This document shows, one piece after another, positions 12,911 to 26,760 of a DNA stretch of 64,000 bases; the stretch's first letter is position 1; every line of letters begins with the position of its first letter. The position numbers and the translations under genes are program-made. The notes under the pieces are model-generated. The model did not search any database. It was not told the origin of the DNA and saw only the letters and a list, made by a program, of their open reading frames with translations. The stretch covers positions 87,420,001-87,484,000 of the forward strand of contig OX597814.1 of NCBI GenBank assembly GCA_951406725.2, written 5' to 3'. This DNA comes from Octopus vulgaris. Taxonomy: Eukaryota.

Positions 12911-14700
12911 ATTTAGAATGGTAATAACGAAGTTAGATAGGTATTACATTATGTCTTTAAAACCTCGCCGACGTGCTAATTCTCCACCATTACTATTAAC
13001 TCTAAAAAGTGCGTTGTGTCTACATTCGCGCACCAAAATGCCGAGAAACGATTCTTACTTAAATTACATCAAGATTAGTGATCGCCAATACAACCCAGTT
13101 TCATCCCATTACACACTGGGAAAATCTCGAGCCCTTCATTCATAATTACTCATTCAATCTCTTGATTGGTTTGAGATCTTTGGGTAGAACTCAACCTGTT
13201 TCATCATAAATAATATTATTACCCATCCATCGCAACTTCTAATTTGCCAGAACCAGCCGTCACTAGCTTTGAAATTACGGATGTCCATATGCCTAGCTAG
13301 TGTGACAACAGTTTCCCCACAACAGGCATTATTATTACAGGATCGTTGATGAATAGACCACTTTGTCAGTCTTCTGAAAATCTATAGCTTTTGCAGCGCG
13401 CATACCCTTCTTTGCGGCAACAGATGGATTTTCATCAACATTATATTTCAAAAAAACTCTTGCATCCCAAGTACAAGCCTCTTTCCAACAAGTTCCAGTT
13501 TCTGGTTCGCAGATAGGGTCATATACTAGTTCTTTAGATTATTACTCTCCATTGAAACCATGATGTAAAATGCAGGTCTAAAAGATACCTAATCGTTGAA
13601 ATATCAACGAAGATTGTTTTGCTTGTGGCAGTCTACCTGCGCTTCCCTGGTAGACTGCTATAGGTATAACACGAAAATAAACATAAAAACTTTAGACTAT
13701 TTCGGGTGAAACAGCAGCCAAATTTCCCTCCAACACCCTACTATCTTGAATAAAGAAAGGACTCATCGGGTTACGTAGTCGTATACAAATCCTTAAAAAG
13801 AAGTGATGGTCATGACTGAAACGCCTTTGGCCACACGTATGCTCAATCATAGTTGGCCGTAGGTTAATTAATAACAACAGTAACTCATAAAAACATTGTC
13901 AAATTCCAAGAATCTGGAAGCTGAGCAAAATGGTAAAACCTACAAACCATCCTATATACTCTCACATTCTTAGAAAGATTCATTGTTAACATTATTAATC
14001 CACATATTCCTTTCACCAAATCACGACAGTCAAATCATTACATGGAATAATGTAATCATAAACATACATTCTGGAATAAAGACGAGATAGTCAAGACTGG
14101 GGTGTCTTTGATCACAATTACTGCTTGATCACGTCTGACTTGAAGCTAAACAGCAATAACTAAACAGTGGCACTAACAACCACATCATTTTAAACCGATT
14201 CTACATCTTAGGTTTGAAAACGTTATTATTGTGGTACTAGGTTCTCACTAATAATTAAAAAGACACTACTTCAGTAAAAAATAAAATTATCTCATTTTTT
14301 GTCCTTTTTCGCGAGAAATAAAAGAATTTACGTTAGAAGTTTTATCATCTGCATTCTGTAGACATTGGGAAAATTCTTACGATTATTTCGTGTAAGCTTA
14401 GTTAAAGTTCATCTTGTGATGTTTTTATGTGACAAAATGCTGACAATACAAGTTTAGCGACGACATAAATTTCATTGTTTTTTAAACATTTTTTAAAGTG
14501 TAACAACAAAAGTATTTCTTTTTTTTTTCTTTTTTCTTTCTGGTAGAAAGCAATTCCAAGTTTTTCTACTTGACCAAAAATAGTTAATATTGTTCCTCAC
14601 ACTAACACGTGCGTATGTGTGCGTGTTTGTGTGGACACATATATGCACACACACACATACAAATATATACATATATATATGCATGTATATATCTATATCG

Positions 14701-14956
14701 AGGCAAAGTCGACCTCGGCGGAATTTGAACTTAGAACGTAGCGGCAGACGAAATACCGCTAAGCATTTCGGCCGGCGTGCTAACCTTTCTGCCAGCTCAC
14801 CGCGCTCCCCAGATACATATATTAAATAGGCACAATAGCGTTACCAGTCTGGCCAACATGACACGTGCGCAAACTGACAGAACTGTTCTAAACGCACTCG
14901 GTCATTAACCGAGCCCTACTGATATATATATATATATATATATGAACTTTTTCAGG

Positions 14957-14988
<32 letters not shown>

Positions 14989-15461
14989 TTATGTATGTAT
15001 ATACGGATATACATACATATATGTATGTATACGTACATTATGTGTGTGTGTTATGTCATGTGAATTTAGAAATTTCAAGAAACATGAAATAATTCATTTT
15101 TAGCGGTTGAACTCAAGGTTGATAAGACTATAAATGACAGCGTGTAAAAATGCTAACCCAAAATTTATACGCCATTATATATCCTGGAAAAGATCATATA
15201 TATATATATATCCTGAAAAAGTTCATATATATATATATATCAGTAGGGATCGGTTAATGACCGAGTGCGTTTAGAACAGTTCTGTCAGTTTGCGCACGTG
15301 TCATGTTGGCCAGACTGGTAACGCTATTGTGCCTATTTAATATATGTATCTGGGGAGCGCGGTGAGTTGGCAGAAAGGTTACCACGCCGGCCGAAATGCT
15401 TAGCGGTATTTCGTCTGCCGCTACGTTCTAAGTTCAAATTCTGCCGAGGTCGACTTTGCCT
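14701..15461. repeat. Long inverted repeat (arms ~14701-14970 and ~15197-15461)
   Basis: Arms are reverse complements over ~260 bp with only a handful of mismatches, spanning a SINE head plus unique sequence. Confidence 0.92.
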
Positions 15462-15748
15462 TTCATCCTTTCGGGGTCGATAAATTAAGTACCAGTTACG
15501 CACTGGGGTCGATATAATCGACTTAATCCGTTTGTCAGTCCTTGTTTGTCCTCTCTGTGTTTAGCCCCTTGTGGGTAGTAAAGAAATAGGTATTTCGTCT
15601 GAGTTCAAATTCCGCCGAGGTCGACTTCGCCTTATATCCTTTCGGGGTCGATAAATTAAGTACCAGTTGCGTACTGGGGTCGATCTAATCGACTGCCCCC
15701 CCTCACCACCACCAAAAAAATTCGGGCTTTGTGCCTAGAGTAGAAAAT
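15359..15748 (+). mobile_element. SINE family C with internal duplication and ~20-bp target-site duplication
   Basis: Flanked by TAATATATGTATCTGGGGAGC (~15338-15358) and TAATATACGTATCTGGGAGC (~15749-15768). The GAGTTCAAATT...GGGGTCGAT block occurs twice. Confidence 0.8.
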
Positions 15749-16578
15749 AATATACGTATCTGGGAGCGGCATTGATTCCAGCCTATTCCGGAAGGCTGAA
15801 AGTCCTCCGTAATAGGCTGTACAGTTTACGTTTGTCGACGCTCAGAATCTCCCAGAACATCGTCGCTCATACTTGTCTTCTGTAGAATGCAAGTGTTGTC
15901 GTACCACTGGCGATATTGATGTTCGACTGACAGGGAACAGTGGGAATTTGACAACAGAAATAACAAAATTCCTTGACGTAGGTAGAGAATATATCTGTAT
16001 ATCAACTTTTCCATCTCTTTCTTGATATAGCAATAATAGAATGAAAACAAAAGATCTAACATACTTTAGAGAAAACAAATATTACAGCAAATCAAATAAC
16101 AGCTACTTCAAGCCATGCCAATTCGCTATAAATCGAGCAATCACAAAAATGTTTAACGTAGGAACAAAGCCTCAAATTGTAATATTGACTTCAAATGTTG
16201 GCATAAGGTCAGCAATTTCAGGGAAGGTGAGTAAGTCGATTACATCGACCCCAGTGTTCAACTGGTACTTATTTATCGACTCTGAGAGGATGAAACGCAA
16301 GGTCGACCTCAGCGGAATTTGAACTCAGAACGTGGAGACGGATGAAATGCCGCGAAGCATGTTGAACAGCATGCCAACGATTCTGCCAGTTCACTGTCTT
16401 GCTTCAAATTGTAATATCGATCTCAGTATTTGACTCTAACTTATTTTATGACAAAGAAAAGAGAAGTCGACCACAGTGAGAACTGAGCTCAAAACATAGA
16501 GACAGCATTAAATATAGAAAGACTTACTTTTTTTTTTTTTTTGCAGAGGTCTACATATTTTGCCTTCCAATGCCTTAA

Positions 16579-19500
16579 CCCCTTACCCAACAATTATTTT
16601 GAAAATAATTGTATTTTTTCAGACATATTTTTTAATTGTTTTATTTTACTATGTTTTAAATGGTGATTTCGAGGTATATTTCAAACCTTATTTATTATGA
16701 ATTTTAATTCAATAATATTGATTTTAAATTACCGCTTTGGGCAGAAACGAGTTAACCCGTTTTTTTTCATAAATCATATTACTTTTACAAAAAATCATGT
16801 TATTTTATTTGGTTATCGACATGGTGGGGTTATAATATAAAGGTATAAAAAAAACAAAGTGAATACTTCTATTCATAAAATGTGCCTTCCAACCCTTCGA
16901 CTGTCTCCAGGTGACTAAATCATACTCGGTCTTCAATGCCTTACTCAAGCGAAAGGTGATTTCTTTATTAAGATTATATAATCTTATACATAGAATTACA
17001 AATACATAACAAACATGCAAAACAAGTAATTAAGAGGTTCGCTATTTAAAAATTTTTTTTTTTTTATAACATTTGTATTAAAAATTCGTTTTTAAATTGT
17101 CCTTTATATAACCAGTAGCATCTTATCACAGTTCAAACCCCGGCAATTTACAAGCCCCGCAGCTTTTATTTCCTCTCCTCCCTCCATAGTTAAGCTGGGT
17201 TTCTAACACCCACCTTTCTTTCCACTTCCTTCCATCTTTTCTCATACACGCCCCGTGGTAAGCTCCTCTTCTCCAGCTCCATTTTGCTCTTCAGATGATA
17301 TCTGAAGTAAGTGAGCAAGCCGGGGCCGGAGACAAAGGTTCCTATCGCGGCTCCTTCCATTCTCGTTCTCCACATGCATTCTTTTACTACTGCAACCGTA
17401 CAGTGAAAACATGCCTCACCTTCCTTCGAGAGTCCAGTTGGCGGTATCATCTTAATCATAGACTCAGCCGACAGCTGTACTCGTCCTAGATGCGATAACA
17501 CGTGTTCTGCGTAACTTATCAAGTCTGACAACTTCCGACAGTGTACAAAGGCGTGTTGAACGGTTTCATCGTCCAACTCGCACCTTGGACACGTCGGTGG
17601 CACTGGAATTCCGTGCCGCGATAACTTCTCGCGAACAGGTAGAGCGTTCCTATAACACTGCCAGGCCAGGGATCTTTGGAAATTATCCAAGTACCCCGTC
17701 CTGAAAGTCTTTTAAACAGGTTGGTAAGCTGGTCTTCGTCAAACCCCAGAGCCCCTCCTAGGACGTCGTCGTTTTTCGCCTCTACCAGCCTTCTATAAAA
17801 TACCGAGGTGGTATTTCCGCAGCCGGCCTTGCCCGCCTTGTGGATCAGCGTGAGTGCCTGTCGGCACTCCCTTTGCCACAAAGTCAGTTTCCATCTTTTG
17901 ATGCGACCGGGTTTAAAATCCGTTAAGGAGGCCAGTCTCGGGAAAATTTCCCTGCCAGCGGACTCCACACCTTATCACCCTCCAGGTGGTGCCAGAGATG
18001 CTTCAGCCTCAACGCATGTCTGCGCATCATCAGCCAAGGCATTCCTAACCCACCCTTTAACGGTTCCTGGCAGCAAACGGAGCGCCTCACAAGTGGCTTT
18101 CCTCCCTTCCACAAAAAGCGGAAAAGGATTCGCTCCAACTTGTTAAGCCATGGACCGGGGCAAGGGACAACGGTCAGGCGGTAAGTGATTACAGATGCAA
18201 TGAACATCTGCACCACCTCCGCCCTTCCTTTCAAGGACAGAGACCATCCGGACCAGATCCGTACTATGGCCTCCACCTTGCTCGCCACCTCACTCCAGTT
18301 CCTCTCCGTTTGGGAGTCTGGCCCAAACCAGACTCCTAGCAACTTAACAGGGCCATCCGTCCAGTGTCCCACGACGCTGGACGATATCGACTTGCTCCTC
18401 CAGGTGCCGAGGCGCAAGCCAACCGACTTGTCCTTGTTAACCTTTGCTCCTGCCACCGCCTCGTATCCTCTGATAGCCTCTTCCACACAAGGTAGCTGGG
18501 CCTCATTGGACACGATGAGGGTGACGTCGTCCGCGTAAGCAGTAACCGACCTCCCACCTCCGATCTCATCCGAGTTGCTTCCCAGCCTCTCCAACTTTCG
18601 CAGCAATGGCTCAAGAGCCAACACGTACAAAAGTGGTGACAAGGGGCACCCTTGACGAACTGAACATTCAATCGAAAACGGTTCCGTTAGGTAACCGTTT
18701 ATCTGGACGGTGGACTTGATGCCGCTATACATAGCGGAGATCCACCCGCGAAATTCAGGGCCCAGTCCAGCCGCTTCGAGGACCGTCGCCAGGTACTCAT
18801 GGTCTACCCTATCGAAGGCTTTACTTTGGTCTAAATGGACCATTACCCCTCCCTTACCGGTTAATTTACCCACCCTGTCTAAGGTGTAGCGTATAAGGTG
18901 AAGATTGTCCTGGATCGACCTGCCTGGAATTGCACATGTCTGTGCTCTCCCTACAAGTTTCTCCACGACAACCGTCAACCTTTTTGCCAGCACCTTGGCC
19001 AAAATCTTTAACTCTACATTGAGTAGAGTTATGGGCCTGTAGTTACTAATGTTATCCCCCTTGCTCGGGTCTTTCTGGATTAGCGTCACCACTCCCCGGC
19101 TTACAGAGCTGGGAATTCTCCCATTCTGCTGCCAGTTCGTGTAGACGCCTGCCAATATTCCCCCGAACAAGTCCGGCATACTTTGGTAAAACTCGTAGGG
19201 CAGACCATCCAACCCCGGCGACTTCTCCCCGGCGCATCCGGCCAGTATCTCCTCTATCTCCGCGGGAGTGATCGCTCCTTCACAGCACTCCACCTCACGC
19301 CCCGAGAGCCGCGGTCCGCCGGCCAGGAAGTCCTTTAAGGTCCTTCCCCTCTCCGGCGCCGCACCACCCCCGAACACGCGGGCGAAATGCTGGTGAAGAA
19401 ACTTTTGCATCTCCTCCTGTCCATAGATCTTTTGTCCCTGTTCGTCAGTTAAAGATTTGATTGAGGCTCTGTTGCCTCTCTGACTCTCCACACGACGGGC

Positions 19501-19738
19501 CCATCCGGCCACGTTAATACCTTCTCGTTACTCAAGCGAAAGGTGGCAGAAATCGTCACTGCCAGACGTATAAAGTGAGCGAATATACTCGTATATGTCA
19601 AAAAAGAGTTTATAATAGACAAAGGAACTCGTTTGCTGTCGATTTTGGCGAGTCTATCTTTTGACGAGTTAACTCGCCAGAGATAGAAAAAAACGATTTC
19701 GGTCAAAACGCATATATTCGTTTCTGCCGGGTAAGGGG
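16579..19738. mobile_element. piggyBac-type MITE interrupted by a LINE
   Basis: TTAA|CCCCTTACCC at 16575-16588 and GGGTAAGGGG|TTAA at 19729-19742; sub-terminal ACGAGTTAAC motifs near both ends. Confidence 0.8.
16959..19527 (-). mobile_element. Tx1/L1-clade LINE, 5'-truncated, with 18-bp TSD
   Basis: RT ORF 17923-19512 (KSPGLDGLP, NYRPITLLN, DQSKAFDRV, RQGCPLSP, YADD), frameshifted C-terminus with CPRC..ETVQHAFVHC, and AATAAA at the 3' end. TSD TTACTCAAGCGAAAGGTG at 16941-16958 and 19528-19545. Confidence 0.93.
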
Positions 19739-22730
19739 TTAATAATGGTTTTACATTTTGGCACAAAGCCAGTAATTTTCAGGAAGGGGAAGTCGATTTC
19801 ATCGACCCCAGTACCTATTTTATCGACCCCGAAAGGATGAAAGGCAAAATCGACCTCGGTAGAATTTGAACTTGGAACGTAGAGATGGACGAAATGCCAC
19901 TAAGCATTTTTCCCAGCGTGTTAATGATTCTGCCAGCTCGCCGCTTTTTGGAGCCTTAATAGTTATGGCTATTTCTGGTTTTGGTACAAGGTCAACAATT
20001 TTCAGGGAAGTGGGTAAACCGATACCATTGACTCCAGTACTTGACTAGTACTATATTTTATCGACTCGGAAATGATAAGAGGCAAAATTGACTTCGGTAG
20101 GATTTGAACGAGGAATCTCAAGAGTCAGGACAAATACCGCAAGGCAATTTTTTCGACGCTCTACCGATTCTGCTATCCATTTCCCGAACAGAAATAAATG
20201 CTGCTATTTGCTACTCCAGATTTTGAAAGCCAATTTTTTAAGAGAAAGATTTTATCGAGTACAATGAAATTGATCTGTCAATCAAGGACAATTAAATTCA
20301 TTTTCAGTGACAATATCATTCAGAACAAGGAATACTGGAGTAAATACTCCTTATCCATTAAACTCCAGAGGTTTATTGAGAAATAAGAAATAAGACCGCG
20401 ATGATCATGCCTTTCTCAAAGATATTAGTGACGTACATAACGAGAAATGTCTGCCTTTGTCACTGCTTCCTAATACTACTCGCTTTTCTCATAGGATCTC
20501 ATTTATATGCACAAGTGCAATTATTCTTTGTGAGAGAGGCCATATTTCCGTCTATAATTTGTTCTTATTTTATTTGCACAGGAGGGATTTAAATTCGAAG
20601 GATATAGCTAAATTCTGTGGAGCATTTGTTTCGATATTTGCCGACACGTAGAATCTCACAAATAACAACGTCAATCATGGCCATCCTCGATAGAAATGCG
20701 AGAGTTGACGTACCGCTGAGGATACTGCTTGGTATTACAGTGATTTACTTTAGTTAAGCACAAGGCTAGACTTTTGTAGGAGTGAGATTAATTCAAAAGA
20801 ATCAAAGATACACTCTGATTTTGCCATGAAGACAAATACTTGAAGTAAATTTTATAACCAATAGAACCTGCACCAGTGTAATATAATTACACTTCTGTCT
20901 TTATGTTCTGAGTTCAAATTCCGCCGTTGTCGACTTTGCCTTTCATCCTTTTGGGGTCAATAAATTAAGTACCGGTTGCGTACTGGGGTTGATCTAATCG
21001 ACTGGCCCCCTCCCCAAAAATTTCGGGCTTTGTGCCTAGAATAGAAAAGAAAAAAAAAATATAATTACACTTATTTTATCGATTCTAGAGACATAATAAA
21101 AGAATGTTGACATCGTGAGAATACGAACTCAGACGTAAGTTATTTATTATATTGACGTCGGAAGAATGTAAAACAATCAGAACAATAACTAAACACTTCT
21201 ATGGTCACTCAATCAACCTTCTAAAGTCTAATAATTTTTTACACACACACATATATTTCATTACTTGAGAATGGCAGTTTGTCATATCGCTGAACAAAAT
21301 AATAGATTCAGCAAATTTTCCTTTGGGTCATATTTATTGGAAAAACGTTATTGCATTTTATGGACTTTGTAACATTTCCAAACCGCCTCCGGGCAAAAAT
21401 ACCAATAACTTTTTATTGATTGAAAATGCTGCTTGATAAATCTATACCGTGTCCGTAAATTCCGCCTAATGAACAATCTCACAAGATATCACGACAGCCG
21501 CAGGCTTAAATTATTTGCTCTTATAACAGTAACTGCAATAATGTAAGAATACCAAATATCCACCGATCTCTGAGTATTTAAAAAAGAAAGATTACCCCAT
21601 ATTTATGGGGAATTTTTCGTCCACTTTCTTTCTCTTTTTTTTTTCGTTCTTTATTTCCTGGTAGAAAACAAAAATGTCCGAGTGGATGAGGTAGCGAGCT
21701 ACTAGTCCATTAATTGCTTGTTCAAATCTGTTGCAAGTGTTCCGCAGTACTTAGCATTCTTCAGATACACTGCAGCAAGAAATTTTGGTAAAAGTCAATC
21801 GATTTGATCACCTCGTTAAATATTAAATTCTATTCATTTTGTTACTTAGACCAGGTCTGCTCTGATTGACTTGATTTATGATTAAAGGCATTCCAGCGGC
21901 AGCTATGATCATTTTCCATAGTGTATCTAAAACTGTATTATTCAATGTTTCGTTTTCATTTTTTTAGGCAGTAAAGGATAATTTGAGAGGTACTTGGCTG
22001 CTGTTTCTAGGACTAAGTGGACATGTAGAACAAACACCGTAAAGTAAAAGGTTAAATGTGCTCATTACGTCTCATCACTTAGGTAATTTATTTACTTGAA
22101 AATAGAAATGAAATCAAAACTTCTTTTTCTCCTGGACTCGTACATAAGGACTGTGTACTGTCAGAAGAAATCTGTAATTGTTGTATGCAGTTAGTGAAGT
22201 CACTAAATGTAGCGGTATAAATGTAACTGTAATTGGTATGAAGTTCGGATATAAAACTGCGTGTAGCAAGACGAGAAGGCTGCATTTGAAGAAAAGCTGC
22301 GTTGAAAGAAATTGAAGCAAAAAATAGTTCTTACTTATAGATTTTATTCAACCGTACCGAAGTTTATCACAGCTGTGACAAATTGGAAGTAATACGAGTT
22401 AGTTTTGTTTGAGAATCTCTTTTAGCTGTAGCAGGATTATTACTATGTGAAACAGAAGCGTTTTCCATTAATGGCAATTAGTAGACTGTGAATAGCAAAG
22501 AAAAGGGGAAAGAGAGGGATGGAGGGAGAGAGAAGAGTTACCTCTTTGAAACCGTTGATGAATTTTTGTTTTATTTTTGTCTCCCATTTATAGCTGTCCT
22601 AAAGCTGTATTTATTTTATCGACCCCTTTTAGGGACGATAAAATACATACCCGTTGATGTAATCGACTTATCCCTCCCATTAAAATTGCCGGCCGTTGCC
22701 AAAATTTGAAATTATGATTATTATTATTTA

Positions 22731-23316
22731 AGACGTCGCACAGTATCCAATATTGTGATGTCGCTGATTGAAGATATTATGTCTACCGAGATTTGTACTG
22801 TCTGTCAAGTCACAAGGACCTCAGACAGACAGTACTTTACGCAATATGTGTGCAGTTCCAAGTAATGCCAATTTTTGCAATACACCTAGATTGTAGGGTA
22901 TTTCTAAAGTCTCCAGATGTTTCTTCAGGTTGGGTAGGTGGCATTGAATCCAGTGTTCCGATGACAATAGGGACAACCTTTATGTTTGACTCTCGTAGCT
23001 GCTACATCTTGGCGATCTCAATTCTCAGGTCTCCATATTTATCAATCTTTTCTCTTTCTTTCATGATAATATGTTGAGCTCCTGGCACTGCACGTCGATT
23101 ATTAAGCACTCTTGTTTTTCCCTCCAAAAGGTTACTATGTCCGGCCTTCGGTACTCTAACACCTTGTCTGGAAGTCAAAGTCCTAGAGGATTTTTGCCTT
23201 CCCCTTTTCGTCCATTACCTTTTCTGGTGTATGTTACCTCGTATCCATACTTCCGGCAGAGTAGTCTGTGAATGTTTTGGGCTACCTTGCCGTGTCTGCG
23301 CTTGTACTCTTTCTAC
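22731..23316 (-). pseudogene. 3' fragment of an R4/Dong-clade non-LTR retrotransposon (restriction-like endonuclease)
   Basis: Minus-strand translation across frameshifts: KEYKRRHGKVAQNIH, RRPDIV, LIIDV..PG, EREKIDKYGDL, VVPIVIG, LQKLALLGTAHILRKVL. Adjacent (TAA)n-like tract at ~22711-22730. Confidence 0.8.
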
Positions 23317-23454
23317 AAAAGACTTTCACAAGCACTAACAAGTGAGTCACGCTTTCGACCCTCTTCCCACATATTCTGCTGAGGTTCGTTGCACTTGTAT
23401 GATATATATCCCTTTTCACTGAGTTGGTATTCAATGCTTGATCCTAGGCAGCGT

Positions 23455-23965
23455 ATTATTATTGTATCCAAAAATTCAACGCTACTTTTTGAAAAACTGG
23501 ATGTAAATTTTATGTTGGATTTAAAGCCATAGTTTTTAGCATAACAGTCACAGAAATACAAGAAGTCAGTTAAACTATCTTGAGATCCTTCCCAGACAAA
23601 AAAAGATGTCATCAATGAACCGTAACCAGAGTATTGGTTCATGACCATGTAGGGATTTGAATGTCTTCAGTAACTCTGTCTCGAATTTCGTCATGAAGAC
23701 ATTAGCGAAATTAACTGCCATGGGGGTACCCATGGGGCAATCCCTTGTCTGGTGGTAAAATTTTTGTCCAAACTTCATTGTATTACTTTGTAACACAAAC
23801 CTCAATAACCTACGGAGAAAAATTTGATGGAATACTTTTGTTTGACCGTTTTTCGAAGGCATTCAGACATGCTTCTATCTCTTCATCGTGGTCAATATTG
23901 GGCAATAAGGAAGAAACATCCATGGTTACCAAAAACCAGTTTTCGACATGGCTTCGGTGCTTAAA
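23455..23965 (-). pseudogene. Penelope-like element reverse transcriptase fragment
   Basis: FLVTMDVSSLLPNIDHDE, FYHQTRDCPMGTPMAVNFANVFM, LWLRFIDDIFF, IKFT...SVEFLD; frameshifted. Confidence 0.85.
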
Positions 23966-23979
23966 AAAGTTGTTGATTT

Positions 23980-23995
23980 GGTGGTGGTGCTGGTG

Positions 23996-24048
<53 letters not shown>

Positions 24049-24091
24049 GGTGGTGGTGGTGATGCTGCTGCTGCTGCTGCTGGTAGTCGTT

Positions 24092-24133
<42 letters not shown>
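23980..24133. repeat. Compound trinucleotide microsatellite (GTG/GTA/GCT)n
   Basis: Directly visible. Confidence 0.95.
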
Positions 24134-24134
<1 letters not shown>

Positions 24135-24697
24135 CTGGATCCGTGAAAACTTCACGGAAAATATTTTAAAATGTAAGCATCTGTAAATAGTGGCTTCATT
24201 TAATAACTATCGAACAATTTATGTATAAGCAGGACCCTGGGAAATTCTACGAAATACAAAAAATGTAAGCATCTTTAAAAGTAACATCCAATTATAGTGT
24301 AGAAAAGTAAAAGTAACATCCAATATTGGCTGAGGACCCAGTATATAGAATACAGTAATCAATTATTCTGTAGCAAAGTAAAAGTAACAGCCAATATTTG
24401 TTGTGGTTATGTATCTGTCTACTCCGGAAATACTGATAAACATTTAAAAACACAAAACGAATGCCACCTTCCTTTCAGTCACCACACTCTCTCTCTCCCT
24501 CTCCCTCTCTCTCTCTCTCTTTCTTTCTCTCTCTCTCTCTCTCTATCCCTCCTCTCTCTCGCTTTACCACTCACTTCAACTATACCTCCTCTGCTTGACA
24601 CCTTTTATTTCGCTTTTGCTTTCTACCTCAACAGTAGGAAAGTAATAGTAACATCCAGAGTAATTTGCTGAGAGAGAGAGAGAGAGAGAGTGATGTA

Positions 24698-24729
<32 letters not shown>

Positions 24730-24797
24730 TGATGTGTGTATGTGTGTGTATAAGAGAGAGAGGGGGGCAGACAGACAATAACTGTCAGATAGATAGC

Positions 24798-24832
<35 letters not shown>

Positions 24833-24833
24833 T

Positions 24834-24872
<39 letters not shown>

Positions 24873-24924
24873 GTAGGTAGGTAGGTAGGTAGGTAGGTAG
24901 ATAGGTAGATAGATAGATAGATAT

Positions 24925-26741
24925 GTTTCTTTATTAGCCACACAGGGCTGCACACAGATAGAACAAATTACAAGGTAGAGCTTTTCTTTTGAAGGTTTAA
25001 AAGAAAGAAAAAAAAAAAAAAAAAAAAGGAAGGGGGAGTTTCGATCAAAAGGGATCGTAAAAGGAGAGAAAGAGGACAAAAAAAGGGGGTTTAAAAAAAA
25101 GGGGGGGGGAAATTGATCAATAGGGATCGTTATCACAGAAATGTCAATATGAAGTGTAAAGGGGAGGACAGGTGAGGTTTACCCGTGCAAAGAAAAGCCT
25201 ACGGAAAAGACCACGGTAACCTCGGTCAATGATGTCACATTTTATATTTCTTTTTTTTTTTTTTTTGCAAATAAGCAACTCTCTGTTTTCGATTTCTGGG
25301 TTCATAGGACTATGCTCAAGGTGGCTTCGTCATTCATACGTGCCATTCTTGCTACATTCATCCATCTTTTTTAAAACATTCGCTAGACAAAACTTGCCTC
25401 TCTACTCTCACTTTCCTTTTCAAGTGGTACTTGAAGAAGTTGATGAGAGATTGACCAGAGAGGAAAGTGTTTGTCTCCAATCCTTTCAGACGCGTCCACC
25501 AGATACATTCTTTCGCCATAGCCACAAGGATGATGAAAATAGCTCTTCCTTCCCGTTTGAAGGAAGGAGGCGTGACAATATTGACGATAGACTCAGCTGA
25601 TAAACCGACTCGTCCCACACGTGACAGCAGTTGTTCGACATAAGCCCACAGGTCGGAAATTGTTGGACACTGAACGAGTGCGTGCAGAACGGTTTCGTCG
25701 CTCTGACCGCATCTCGGGCAGGTCGGCCCCGTGTTTCTCGAGCCGTGTCTGTAGAGCTTATCCCGAACGGGTAGCGCTTCTCGGTAGCACTGCCAGGCCA
25801 GGGATCTCTGGAAGTTGTCCATGGGCCCTGGCCCGAAAGTCGTCCTGAACAGGCGGGTCAGGTACTCCTCGTCGACGTCCAGGTTCGCCCCGAGCTCGTC
25901 GTCGTACCTCCCCTCCACTAAACCCCTATAGAATGCTTTGGTTGTGTTGAAGTCACTTAAGGTCGACCCAGGACGGCAGAGTTGCTTGAGAGCAACGCGA
26001 CACTCGCGGTGCCATTCGCCCTTCCTCGGCCTCTTTTTGATCCACGACTGCAGTTCGGTCATGGAGACGAGCTGCGGGAAAGCGTGCCTCACAAACGGCG
26101 ACCACACCTGTTCACCGTCGTCTACATAGAGCCAGAGATGCCGCAGTCTCAGCGCGTGTCTGCGCATCATCAACCACGGCATGCCCAGCCCTCCTTTTAA
26201 CGGGTGTTGACAGCAAATGGATCGCCTGACCATCGGGACGCATCCTTTCCACAAGAAGCGAAAGAGGATGCGTTGTAGTTTGGTGATGGTAGGGTCGGGA
26301 CAAGGTACGACGGTCAGGCGGTAGTAGATGACGGACGCGATGTACGTGTTCGCCACCTCCGCTCGACCTTTTAGGGACAGTTTCCTCTCGGCCCATTGCC
26401 GGGCGAGAGTGACCACCCTACTCGTTATCTCGTTCCAGTTCTTCTCCACTTGGAGGTCCGGACCAAACCAGACCCCGAGCAACTCAACCGGGCCGTCGGT
26501 CCAGCGTCCCACGACGGAGGCGCTGGTGGACGGCATGGGCTTGCTTCTCCAGGTGCCTAGTCGCAAGCCCACTGACTTTTCCCGGTTGATTTTCGCTCCT
26601 GTCACCGCTTCGTAGTTTTTCAGTGTCTCGCCGACCAGCTCGATGTGCTCGTGGCTAGACACTATGACGGTGACGTCGTCCGCGTATGCAGACACGCTCG
26701 TCCCGCATCCCAATTCTCGCGGGATGCCCCTTAGAGTCGCC
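24925..26741 (-). mobile_element. Tx1/L1-clade LINE 3' half embedded in a (GATA)n array
   Basis: Open from SAYADD through GGLGMPWL and CPRC..ETVLHALVQC to ~25358; 3' UTR with AATAAAG; (AGAT)n on both sides (24787-24922 and 26742-26853). Confidence 0.92.
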
Positions 26742-26760
26742 AGATAGATAGATAGATAGG

